Under the pieces are notes generated by a model. That model worked only from the letters and a program-made list of their open reading frames with translations, did no database searches and was not told the origin of the DNA. Made by a program: the position numbers and the translations under genes. Positions 29,286-38,442 of a stretch of 64,000 bases of DNA are shown piece by piece. Each line of letters begins with the position of its first letter. Position 1 is the first letter of the stretch. The DNA comes from Minisyncoccota bacterium (GTDB taxonomy: Bacteria > Patescibacteriota > Minisyncoccia > Phycocordibacterales > JBAYGS01), in the NCBI GenBank assembly GCA_041666545.1, contig JBAYGS010000006.1, forward strand, positions 1,154 to 65,153, given 5' to 3'.

Positions 29286-31247
29286 CTACTTACCTACCAC
29301 CGCCTCTGCCTCCTTAAAGAACGGGTCAGTAGCTAGGCGAGTGGTAAAACCCACTTTCGTATCCCCGACCAAACTGCCGGTAAAACTATCGAGCCCGCTC
29401 GAGATAATATCGTCGGTGATTTTGGCCGCATTGCCAATCTGACTGACACTCGGTGTAAAGGCGATTTGAAACGCTACCTGTCTTGATGGCAAACCGAAAC
29501 CTGCACCAGCCGGAACATTGCCGACATTCCAAACCACCTGCCCACCCAATTGGTTAAAGCTGACATCCGAACCGTCCGGATCAACTTTACCGACAAAACG
29601 GACATAGGGCGGCAAAGCTGTCGTCACCTTAACATTGGAAACGGCGTTGGTCGGATTATTCAAAGTCCAGACCACTGTGTAAGTAGTTTCCTGATCGGCC
29701 TTGGGTGGCAACGGCCCGGTGTTAGTAAACGGACCGGAATAATAATATAAATTGGAGATTAAGGCCAAGTTCGAATTCACCCTGACACGCTTGGTCAAAG
29801 ACGAATCAACCGCCTCCGGAACATTGTTCTCGCCACTTCTAAATCCACGAGCCCCGACAATCACAGAAATTTCTGGGTTAATCAAAGGGCTACCAAACGA
29901 GCTCGTCGTCGGTAAGGCAGAAAAACCAAAAGATAAGCGCCCAGTACCGCCCGGTTCAACTGAATTTAATTCGTCGACGGTGCTCGCATCCCAGACAATC
30001 GTGTTGTCACTTGAGCGGTAAAAACCGCGCTCGGCCGAAACGGAACTACGATCCAAAGCCGAGCCGTCCAGCTTTACCGAAATAGCCAGAGCGGTAATTT
30101 TTTCTGAAGTGTTATTTTGCCAGACTAAATCGCCTCTAATCAGCCGTCCAGCTTTAGTGGCATACAAATCGCCGGTTTCGCCGTTTAAGGAGAGGTTGAT
30201 GCCAATGAACGGCTTCTTGATAGCAACCGTCTGTGGCACACTCAAAAATACGGCACCGATGATCTTTTCGTCGGTCAAACTTTGGGCACCAACATCGAAT
30301 CTAAACACCTTCTCCTCTCCATCCTGACCGTCAATCGTGCCACTAAAACTGACAGTACGTTTTGACTGTGGCGCCAGATCTCCCAAGAGCCAAGTATTCT
30401 TTCCATAAGAAGTATCCGGCGAAGCATTCTTATAAGTAAAACCGAATGGGTAATCGGCCGAAAGCATGACACCTCGCAAGGTCTCGGTGCTATTTGAGGC
30501 CACCGTGACTGAGACCGCGACATCTTGTCCAGCATTGGCTTCGGTTAGAGAACTAATCTGAACAGTCACCGGTGCCGAGCTAATCACGATATCATATACT
30601 TTTTCTTTATAGAAGATTGCATTGGAACCAGCCACCCGATATTCAAGAGTGAACTTAATCATCTGCTTCGAATTTTCTTCACCAAAAAGTACCGACTCCA
30701 CACCCTGATTGACAACTTGACCGGCCGAAATGTTGCCGACTGAAATTCTGGCCCGTTTCAGTTCAGTATTCAAATCGTTGGGATTTCTGGCGCCGGAGGG
30801 ATACTCAACAATCAAATCAGCATCCTCGAGAGTGGTGGAATTGTTGTTGCCCATCGATAAGTTCAACGCCAGTTTTTCTCCACCGGCGATTGAGGCCGGC
30901 CCGGCAATATTTAGGTCAATTTTATTGTTCGAGACCACATTGCTACCGCCTGTAAAAACAAAAACTGCCGTAAAAATCGCCACCAAAAAGAAAATTACTG
31001 CTCCAATAAAAATTTTGTAGCTCAAGCTCAAACCGGCTTTCGGAGTCTTCGGTGTTGGCAATTCTGATCCATGCTCCCAGTCACTGCCGACTGTTCGGCC
31101 TTGGCTGGAGCTAGTCATAATTGGTCGGCGTTTAATTGAAAAAGTCTTCTGTTTGCGAGAATAAAGACTCCGCTCCAATTCGTTGATCTGATTCAAACCG
31201 GCAGCCTCCTCGGCACCGTGACTTTTTTCCTCTTTAGCTTCCTTCAT
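29286..31247 (-). CDS. Membrane-anchored protein with a large extracytoplasmic beta-rich domain, function unknown
   Basis: 653 aa. Single TM helix after a roughly 70-aa cytoplasmic N-terminus. Confidence 0.5.
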   Translation of the reverse strand: MKEAKEEKSHGAEEAAGLNQINELERSLYSRKQKTFSIKRRPIMTSSSQGRTVGSDWEHGSELPTPKTPKAGLSLSYKIFIGAVIFFLVAIFTAVFVFTGGSNVVSNNKIDLNIAGPASIAGGEKLALNLSMGNNNSTTLEDADLIVEYPSGARNPNDLNTELKRARISVGNISAGQVVNQGVESVLFGEENSKQMIKFTLEYRVAGSNAIFYKEKVYDIVISSAPVTVQISSLTEANAGQDVAVSVTVASNSTETLRGVMLSADYPFGFTYKNASPDTSYGKNTWLLGDLAPQSKRTVSFSGTIDGQDGEEKVFRFDVGAQSLTDEKIIGAVFLSVPQTVAIKKPFIGINLSLNGETGDLYATKAGRLIRGDLVWQNNTSEKITALAISVKLDGSALDRSSVSAERGFYRSSDNTIVWDASTVDELNSVEPGGTGRLSFGFSALPTTSSFGSPLINPEISVIVGARGFRSGENNVPEAVDSSLTKRVRVNSNLALISNLYYYSGPFTNTGPLPPKADQETTYTVVWTLNNPTNAVSNVKVTTALPPYVRFVGKVDPDGSDVSFNQLGGQVVWNVGNVPAGAGFGLPSRQVAFQIAFTPSVSQIGNAAKITDDIISSGLDSFTGSLVGDTKVGFTTRLATDPFFKEAEAVVGK

Positions 31248-31350
31248 CTTGTTGAAAATTATAGCACGCTTGCAGGCAGATGGTATTCAGCATTTATCAT
31301 TCCCTTTCTCTCTTTCCCATACTTATACCTATACTTTATACCTATACTCT

Positions 31351-31941
31351 CTACAACTGAGTCTCCTGAAGCGACTGGTTAATCATCGAGAGAGCTTGTT
31401 TTTTCCAACTGCCCATTTTAACCAAAACTTCCCCGCTCCAAAACGGTGAAGCTACAAATTCCTCAACTTCCGGCGAACTGCCGAGATAGCCCAAAGAATG
31501 AAGCAGGCGCAAAACCAAAATGTACTCTAAATTTGTCAGCTCGCTTGAATCAAGCGATTGACTTTGGAAAAATTTGACCGTCTCGGATAGATGGTCAAAA
31601 AGTTGCTCATTTTTCTCTTCGCCGTGAAGTAGACGCCGGAGCAAATTAAAAACACGAGCCAGAATTGCCAGAACAGGTTTTTGACCCTTGAATTCAGTGA
31701 ACAGGCTTTGCTCGTGGCCGACATTAGTAATCCGCCAATGTTCTTTGCCTCTGACCAAAGTAATCTCAACCAAATTAAATTCCTGCAATTTATAACGCAG
31801 TTTGGATTTTAAAAACCTGACACCTTGAGCCGAGGCACGGAGTAAACCAAAATCTTTGGTGAAAATCGTGTAAAGCTGATTAGACTCACCGCGGGGTGAA
31901 CTCTTAAGGATAAAAGCCGGAGTGGTGTAAATGGTGTACAT
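31351..31941 (-). CDS. recO: DNA repair protein RecO
   Basis: N-terminal OB region (AFILKSSPRGESNQLYTIFTKDFGLLRASAQGVR) is RecO-like. 196 aa. Confidence 0.6.
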   Translation of the reverse strand: MYTIYTTPAFILKSSPRGESNQLYTIFTKDFGLLRASAQGVRFLKSKLRYKLQEFNLVEITLVRGKEHWRITNVGHEQSLFTEFKGQKPVLAILARVFNLLRRLLHGEEKNEQLFDHLSETVKFFQSQSLDSSELTNLEYILVLRLLHSLGYLGSSPEVEEFVASPFWSGEVLVKMGSWKKQALSMINQSLQETQL

Positions 31942-32014
31942 GGAGAAGTGAGTAGTGGGTAGTGAGTAGTTTGTAGAAAGAGAAGAGAAGAGGAAAAAGA
32001 AATCGAAAAGACAT

Positions 32015-32572
32015 TTAAATTTTCAACATCGGCAACAATGCCTCAAGAACAATTGGCAGACTTTTATAGCCATCTTCGGAACCGAAGTGTCCGGCGCCCT
32101 TAATCATAATTTTCTTGGCGCCGAGATCGCGGGCAAATTTCAAACTTTCGGCCAGAGTCACCACTTCATCATTGTCGGAAAAGATATTGATAATTTTTTT
32201 GGCATGACTTTTGGCTTTTTTTAGATCAAGTGGCAAAGAAACAAATTCCGACACCTCAGGAATACCGATATCGCCGGAAAAACCGCCAACAAAAATACAA
32301 CCGCCGATTTTGACCTTAGGATTAAGAGTCTCCAGCAATCTCAAAACCGCATTACAGCCCAAACTGTGAGCTACAAAAAAGGTCTCTTCGTCGGCTTTAC
32401 CTACATAATCCTTCAGATATGAGAGCCACCCCTTAACCTTAGGTGCGGCCGGATTTGGTAGATACGGCGCCTCAACTTCAATGTATTTAGCCTTGAGCTC
32501 GGCAATTAGCCACGGAAACCAGTTGTTGTGAGGGTGACCATCCCAGCCGTGGATTAGAAAGACTTTTGTCAT
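32015..32572 (-). CDS. RBBP9/YdeN-like serine hydrolase (alpha/beta fold)
   Basis: N-terminal FLIHGWDGHP. Nucleophile elbow FVAHSLGC. About 185 aa, typical of PF06821. Confidence 0.7.
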   Translation of the reverse strand: MTKVFLIHGWDGHPHNNWFPWLIAELKAKYIEVEAPYLPNPAAPKVKGWLSYLKDYVGKADEETFFVAHSLGCNAVLRLLETLNPKVKIGGCIFVGGFSGDIGIPEVSEFVSLPLDLKKAKSHAKKIINIFSDNDEVVTLAESLKFARDLGAKKIMIKGAGHFGSEDGYKSLPIVLEALLPMLKI

Positions 32573-32586
32573 TCCTCCAGTATACT

Positions 32587-32658
32587 CGCCCGCCGTTTGA
32601 GAGACAAACGGCGGGCGGGCAAAAGAAAATCCCCGGTCTGCGTAAGCAAACCGGGGAT
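32587..32658 (-). terminator. Two tandem GC-rich hairpins downstream of the 32666..33244 gene
   Basis: CGCCCGCCGTTTG/CAAACGGCGGGCG and ATCCCCGGT/ACCGGGGAT. A T-rich stretch follows on the minus strand. Confidence 0.5.
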
Positions 32659-32665
32659 CAAAGGA

Positions 32666-33244
32666 CTAGCTCTTCAAAAAACTGGTGTTCACCGCAACCC
32701 TAGCACTGTGAATTCCCCATTCTAATTTCTGATTTTGCTTACACCAACTCAATCCATCATATCCAAGGTAACAGACAGAGTTATAACCATGTGAACCCCA
32801 GATGGAGCAAAAAATGGTATTTGGAAAAACTATTCTAGATACATTTTTAGGCAAATATTTCCAATTCTCCCACTTTGCGTAAAAATCGAACATGCAGGCG
32901 TTCATCGCGCCGGGAAGTTTTTGTCCTCTGGCAATGAGCTCCCTGACATTATTATGTGGAACCTCGCCACCATCGAACACATCGACTGTCGCAAGTCTTG
33001 ACGGGTCAACTACTCCACCCGGAATGTGCTGGACGATCGGATTCTCCTGATCAGCCCAGCTGGGAATCCTTGGGGCAATATCGCAATTGACCATACCACG
33101 CGCGGTTTCCTTTAATTTTTCCAACCTCTTTAGGATAACACCAGGATTAGTGGTACCTCCCAAAAAATCAGACCGCAGTTGTCTTTCAAGCGAAGCATAA
33201 GCTTTAATTTGCTCATCCGTCGGCTCATGTCTTGGGTCATCCAT
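32666..33244 (-). CDS. Hypothetical Cys-rich protein
   Basis: 192-aa ORF. No motif recognised. Confidence 0.4.
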   Translation of the reverse strand: MDDPRHEPTDEQIKAYASLERQLRSDFLGGTTNPGVILKRLEKLKETARGMVNCDIAPRIPSWADQENPIVQHIPGGVVDPSRLATVDVFDGGEVPHNNVRELIARGQKLPGAMNACMFDFYAKWENWKYLPKNVSRIVFPNTIFCSIWGSHGYNSVCYLGYDGLSWCKQNQKLEWGIHSARVAVNTSFLKS

Positions 33245-33381
33245 AATAAACTCCTTTCATTGGAATTTTAAGAAGTAACATCTATTTTGATAATGCACCC
33301 AAAAACACCATCTGTCAAGGATTTAACCAGCCATATTTATAGCCATACTTTACCACCCTACATAGGTCTGGCCTATGTAGC

Positions 33382-36300
33382 TTAGATATCGAGTCGGAAG
33401 ACGAGGCCATCCACCACAGTTTCGATTCCTTCGGAGAGAACTGGAACAAAATTTAATTTAGTGGCGGTCGTTGAAGTTATTTCTTTTTCATATTTTTTAA
33501 GAAAAGTCTGACCGGCTTCGCTGGTAGCAACTGAAAGATTTTTTATCTCGCCAGGATTAAGATTCTTTTGCTTTCTTAGTTCTTGAACCGCCCGGACAAA
33601 ATCGCGCACACTGCCCTCCTCCTTAAGCTCCGCTGTAATGTTGGTATCGAGCTCCACCGTATCATGGCCGGTCTCCCCCCAAACTACCGCTTTCACATTC
33701 ACCTCATCGGCAATAAGCGCGAGCATTTCCGGCTTATCTTTAATCTTCGAACTATGAATATCGAAAGTCAGCTTCGCCAAAGGTTGGCGAACCTTCAAGT
33801 TGGCTTTGGCCCGAGCTTCTAAGCCGAGTGAAACCACCTTTCTCACCTCCTGCATCCCTTCCAAAACTTCCGAACTTCCCGACTTCTTAACTTCTAAACT
33901 AGCCTCCGGCCATTTCTCCAAATGAACACTCTGAAAATCATTCAAACCTTTAACATTGTCGTACAAGTATTCCGCAAAGAACGGGGCAACTGGAGCCAAG
34001 AGCTTGGCAAACTGTGCTAGCACAAATCTGGTCGCCGCCAGGGCTGATTGTTTATCAACCTCATTGGCGCCTTTAAATCTATCTCGCGAACGCCTCAAAT
34101 ACCAAGTGGACAGATCCTCTACAAAATCTCCGATTGGTCTAACCACCTTATCCAACTCATAGCCTTCAAAGGCTTCGGTCATGTTGTCGGTTGTTTCGGT
34201 TAATCGCGCCAAAATCCAACGGTCCAAAACATTGGTAGAAGTTGGTAGTGAGGAGTGAGTAGTAAGTAGTGAGGAAGAGTACAGAAGATAAAATTGGAGA
34301 ACATTGTCGAGACGGTTAAAAACTTTTTTCAAAACTTCATCAACTCCTTTTTCAGAAAAACAAAGATCTTGAGCCTTAACCACCGGCGAAGCCAAAAGGT
34401 AATAACGCAAAGCATCCATGCCGTATTTATCCACCACTTCCATTGGATCAGGATAATTGCGCAGACGCTTGGACATCTTCTGACCGTCTTCAGCCAAAAC
34501 AATCCCGTTTACAATCACATTTTCATAAGGTGACCGCCCAAAAAGCGCCACACCTAAAATGAGCATGGTGTAAAACCAGCCCCGAGTTTGGTCTTGACCC
34601 TCGGCAATAAAGTTGGCCGGAAAATTCTTTTGCCTTTTCAGAAAGCCACCCGGACTGAACCGGCTTTTATCGAAAGGATAATGAACCGAAGCAAATGGCA
34701 TCGAGCCGGATTCGTACCAACAGTCAAAAACCTCCGGCACCCGTTTCAGAGTCCCGCCACAAGAGCATTGGGTTTTGACACCATCGATAAAAGGCCGGTG
34801 CAAATCGATTTCAAATTCCTCGTTTCTAGGCAAAATGCGCAAGGTCACCTCTTTGACTTCGGCATTTTTTAGAAACAAATCCGGTCCATGAAAAGCGACC
34901 GCGTCTCCACGATTAAGTCCAAGGGCGGCCACTCCGATGAGCCAGGCAGGAGTATCGTGCGTCACGATTAAAATCGTTTTGCCTTCATACTTATTTTCCA
35001 ACTCAAAAAGTCTCCGCCCAACTCGCTTCCTAACATCGGCCTCACTCTCCCCACCCCCCGGCCGTTCGTCAAAGCGCGCTTGCGGGCTTTTAAAGAAGGC
35101 ATGATATTCAGAAATGGATTTTTTTTCAAAAACACCGAAAGAAATTTCGTGAAAACTTTCATCGACAATCACCGCTGTCTCCGGTAAATTCAGAACTTTT
35201 CGGACAATTTCCGCCGTTTCCTTGGTCCGGTTTAAAGGTGAGGTGATAACCAAATCAATCTTTTGACCCTTCAAGGCTTCGGCCGACTCAAACGCCTCTT
35301 TGACGCCAAGTTTAGTGAGACCATTACAATCAAGCAGAGAACAGACAACCCCGCCAACATTTGAGGTTGACTCGCCGTGACGCATTACTAGAAATTTGTT
35401 GCGCGGTTTCGCCTCGAGTTTCTCCAGGTCAGCCAGACTACCAACCACCTCAAGCCGAGCGCACTTGTCACAGCGCCAGACCGGCAAGGGCGCGCCCCAG
35501 AAGCGGGAGCGAGAAATTGCCCAATCGCGTGCGCCTTCGAGCCATTTTCCGAAGCGACCATCTTTCACATCTTCAGGCACCCAACTGATTCCTTGGTTTG
35601 CCTTGATCAATTTATCTTTGAGAGCGGTAACTTTTACAAACCAAGATGAAGTCGCGTAGTTGATAAGCGGAGTGTCACAGCGCCAACAAAAAGGATAACT
35701 GTGGGTGAATTTTTCTTTAGCAAAAAGCTTGCCGGCATGCGCTAGCCACTTAATTATCTCGACATCAGTTTTGGTCGGATCTTCCTTTGGTTTAACCGAA
35801 AGGCCGAGGAAATCTTTGACCTCCGGTTTGAAAACGCCATTGGTGCCAACATGCTGAACAAAAGGCAAGCTAAATTTAAGTGACAACTGATAGTCGTCCT
35901 CACCGAAGGCCGGGGCAATGTGAACAATGCCGGTGCCATCTTCGGTCGTCACAAAATCCGCCGGATAAATTTTCCAACCGTTTTCGCGATTCTTTAATTT
36001 TGAATCTTTGGCGTAATAATCAAAAAGTTGTTCATACTCAAGACCAATAAGCTCGTCCCCTTTTATAGTCTGAAGGACTCGAAAAGTTTGACCTTTAAAA
36101 ACTTCCGGCAATCTGGCGCTTGATACGATATATCGTATGTTTTCGAGCTCAACCAGAGAGTATTCAATACTCGGATTTACCGCAAGCGCCGTATTCCCCG
36201 GCAAAGTCCAAGGGGTCGTAGTCCAGGCCAATATATAAGTTGGGAGCCCCGACGCTTGCCGCAAGGTCGGGGTCCCGACTCGGGCGTCGGAATTTAGAAG

Positions 36301-36939
36301 TTTAAACTTAGCAGTCACAGATAAATCAGTCGTATCCTTGTAGCCTTGAGTCACTTCAAAGTTTGAAAGTGTCGTCTCACAATGAGGACAAAGGTGCATC
36401 GACTTAAAACCTTCATAAATCAGACCTTTATCATAAAGAGTTTTGAATGACCACCAGACCGATTCAGTATAACTGGTATCCATTGTCCGATAATCCGCTT
36501 CCATGTCTACCCACCGACCAAGACGAGGCACAATTTTCCGCCAATCGCCGGCGTAGCGCATCACCGATTCGGCTGAAGCGCGATTAAATTTGTCCATGCC
36601 GTAATTTTCAATATCTTTTTTTGAAGATAGGCCCAGCTCTTTCTCCACCAAGTTTTCTACCGGCAGACCGTGGCAATCCCAACCCCAACGCCTAGGCACA
36701 TGAAAACCCCTCATTGTTTTATAACGAGGAATGGCATCTTTAATCAAACTGGCCAAGATGTGGCCGTAGTGGGGCAAGCCGTTGGCAAAAGGTGGACCAT
36801 CATAAAAGACAAACTCTTTGCCACCTTCAGTTTGTTTTAAGGATTTCTCAAAAATTTTCTCTTTTTCCCAAAAAGCTAAGATTTTTTCTTCTCTTTCAGC
36901 CACTTTGTTCTTAGCGATTTTCTGCTGATTTTCTTCCAT
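33382..36939 (-). CDS. ileS: Isoleucyl-tRNA synthetase (type 2) carrying an embedded histidine-phosphatase (PGAM-like) domain of about 200 aa inside the catalytic domain
   Basis: HYGH and KMSKR class-I motifs, plus CP1/editing, Zn and anticodon-binding regions. Between WRCDKCARLEVVGS and EIDLHRPFID lies an insert with LVMRHGESTSN, ITSPLNRTKETAEIV and ILIVTHDTP, which are hallmarks of histidine phosphatase branch 1. Confidence 0.85.
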   Translation of the reverse strand: MEENQQKIAKNKVAEREEKILAFWEKEKIFEKSLKQTEGGKEFVFYDGPPFANGLPHYGHILASLIKDAIPRYKTMRGFHVPRRWGWDCHGLPVENLVEKELGLSSKKDIENYGMDKFNRASAESVMRYAGDWRKIVPRLGRWVDMEADYRTMDTSYTESVWWSFKTLYDKGLIYEGFKSMHLCPHCETTLSNFEVTQGYKDTTDLSVTAKFKLLNSDARVGTPTLRQASGLPTYILAWTTTPWTLPGNTALAVNPSIEYSLVELENIRYIVSSARLPEVFKGQTFRVLQTIKGDELIGLEYEQLFDYYAKDSKLKNRENGWKIYPADFVTTEDGTGIVHIAPAFGEDDYQLSLKFSLPFVQHVGTNGVFKPEVKDFLGLSVKPKEDPTKTDVEIIKWLAHAGKLFAKEKFTHSYPFCWRCDTPLINYATSSWFVKVTALKDKLIKANQGISWVPEDVKDGRFGKWLEGARDWAISRSRFWGAPLPVWRCDKCARLEVVGSLADLEKLEAKPRNKFLVMRHGESTSNVGGVVCSLLDCNGLTKLGVKEAFESAEALKGQKIDLVITSPLNRTKETAEIVRKVLNLPETAVIVDESFHEISFGVFEKKSISEYHAFFKSPQARFDERPGGGESEADVRKRVGRRLFELENKYEGKTILIVTHDTPAWLIGVAALGLNRGDAVAFHGPDLFLKNAEVKEVTLRILPRNEEFEIDLHRPFIDGVKTQCSCGGTLKRVPEVFDCWYESGSMPFASVHYPFDKSRFSPGGFLKRQKNFPANFIAEGQDQTRGWFYTMLILGVALFGRSPYENVIVNGIVLAEDGQKMSKRLRNYPDPMEVVDKYGMDALRYYLLASPVVKAQDLCFSEKGVDEVLKKVFNRLDNVLQFYLLYSSSLLTTHSSLPTSTNVLDRWILARLTETTDNMTEAFEGYELDKVVRPIGDFVEDLSTWYLRRSRDRFKGANEVDKQSALAATRFVLAQFAKLLAPVAPFFAEYLYDNVKGLNDFQSVHLEKWPEASLEVKKSGSSEVLEGMQEVRKVVSLGLEARAKANLKVRQPLAKLTFDIHSSKIKDKPEMLALIADEVNVKAVVWGETGHDTVELDTNITAELKEEGSVRDFVRAVQELRKQKNLNPGEIKNLSVATSEAGQTFLKKYEKEITSTTATKLNFVPVLSEGIETVVDGLVFRLDI

Positions 36940-36975
36940 ATTTCGCTATTTTAGCATTTTTTGAACATTAAAAAA

Positions 36976-37013
36976 GCCCCGCTTTCTCCGGTGTAAAGGG
37001 AGAAAAGCGGGGC
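36976..37013 (-). terminator. Classic rho-independent terminator of the 37025..37597 gene
   Basis: GCCCCGCTTTCTCC-loop-GGAGAAAAGCGGGGC followed by TTTTTT on the minus strand. Confidence 0.65.
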
Positions 37014-37024
37014 CGGGCCGGGCT

Positions 37025-37597
37025 CTAAGCAAGCATGCGCTCCTGCTTCCGCCACCGCGAGAGGCGGTACTTGGCGGCATCGAAAAACTCACGCTGATTA
37101 TCCACCTGAAAGCCCTTGGACAGGAGGCTGTGCATCTCCTCGATTTTAAAGCTGGCCCTGGTCCTGCCACGAAAGTCGTGACAAGGCAAAGAAACCAGCT
37201 CTTCGATCTCGAAGGCGAGCCGATGCAAGACGCGCTGTTTCAACATTTCGAACTGCCAGTCCGAAATCGGCGCGACTGGCAGGATGGTGTTGAACAGCCT
37301 TTCGAACCGAGTCTTGTATATCCGAAACTCGGCCACAAACTCCTCGCCCTCCGGCCCTAGCTTATTCACGGTGAGAAAGTAGAGTGTCCGCGAAGTGGCA
37401 ATGGCTACCAATCCAAGCACCGTTTGCCAACTCCAGCCAGTGCCCTGTGTGATCATGGTACTCACCACCAGGACTACAGCCATGAGGGCCAGAGTGTTCC
37501 AGATCACCCCCTCCTGGACAATCTTAATCATCACGAGAGCCTGCTCGAGCGTCAGCCCGTAGCATTTAGCGAATTTTTCAAGAACTGTTTTTTTCAT
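37025..37597 (-). CDS. Hypothetical membrane protein (2 TM plus cytoplasmic domain, possibly bPH-like), strongly GC-rich
   Basis: 190-aa ORF with its own terminator. GC content visibly well above that of its neighbours. Confidence 0.45.
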   Translation of the reverse strand: MKKTVLEKFAKCYGLTLEQALVMIKIVQEGVIWNTLALMAVVLVVSTMITQGTGWSWQTVLGLVAIATSRTLYFLTVNKLGPEGEEFVAEFRIYKTRFERLFNTILPVAPISDWQFEMLKQRVLHRLAFEIEELVSLPCHDFRGRTRASFKIEEMHSLLSKGFQVDNQREFFDAAKYRLSRWRKQERMLA

Positions 37598-37758
37598 GGG
37601 ATGCCTTTCTTTTTTTCTTTTTTTAGGTTAGGGATTTCTACCTGCATTATATCATAGTTAGGCCTTATTTGTCAAGTATTCGGCCCTATCCCCTTTGCTG
37701 ACAACTCTCTTGACCTGCGACTTAGAGTTGATACACTCTAGAAAGAGAAAGGGAAAAT

Positions 37759-38016
37759 ATGCCCAAATTCGGCAATTTGAGAACTCAAAAAGCACTCGCC
37801 ACAGGAAAGGTCAACCTTCTCGTCCTCGACTACCAACCAATCAGTGACTGGTTGAAACATGTCGAGGCAAAGTATGGCAAACCGGTAGCAGAACTCTGCG
37901 AGAAGAAAATCAGCGCTCTCGGTCTTCGAAAGACTGATTGCGTAAACCAACTGCCCCGCGACCACCTCAAAATCATCGGGAAAGCGCGCCAGGAGCTGGC
38001 GCCGACCACACCTTAA
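37759..38016 (+). CDS. Small hypothetical protein
   Basis: 85-aa ORF followed by a plus-strand terminator at 38029-38058. Confidence 0.35.
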   Translation: MPKFGNLRTQKALATGKVNLLVLDYQPISDWLKHVEAKYGKPVAELCEKKISALGLRKTDCVNQLPRDHLKIIGKARQELAPTTP

Positions 38017-38028
38017 CCGTTGCAACCT

Positions 38029-38058
38029 AAATCGGAGCCCCGTGGCTCCGATTTTTAT
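38029..38058 (+). terminator. Rho-independent terminator
   Basis: AAATCGGAGCC-CCGT-GGCTCCGATTT followed by TTATATTT. Confidence 0.55.
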
Positions 38059-38083
38059 ATTTGCCAATCAAGAAGTCATGGTC

Positions 38084-38341
38084 CTATCGATGAGCCCAGT
38101 TATAGACACAGGCAAAAACCCAACCGAAAATGTAGCCGACAATAGCCGTGACAATTACAAGACCGATTGCCAGACCGAAATTAAAATCTCCGACTGTAAA
38201 TGGATTGGCCAACATGTGGAGCTTGAAAACGAAGTTTAGCCAAGCCTCGGCAAGGCCAAGGCCGACCATAATTGACCAGACGATGTGAATAATTCCAACG
38301 AAACTGCCAAGGGCGATTCCAATTTTATTTTTATTTAACAT
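38084..38341 (-). CDS. Small 2-TM membrane protein
   Basis: 85-aa hydrophobic ORF. Confidence 0.35.
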   Translation of the reverse strand: MLNKNKIGIALGSFVGIIHIVWSIMVGLGLAEAWLNFVFKLHMLANPFTVGDFNFGLAIGLVIVTAIVGYIFGWVFACVYNWAHR

Positions 38342-38442
38342 TTGATTTATTGTTTGATTGATTGATAAACTCGACCTTTAAAAACTTTCGAAATTTTTGA
38401 TTATTGTTTCTTGGTTATTGGTTATCACCCAAGGGTTCTTAA

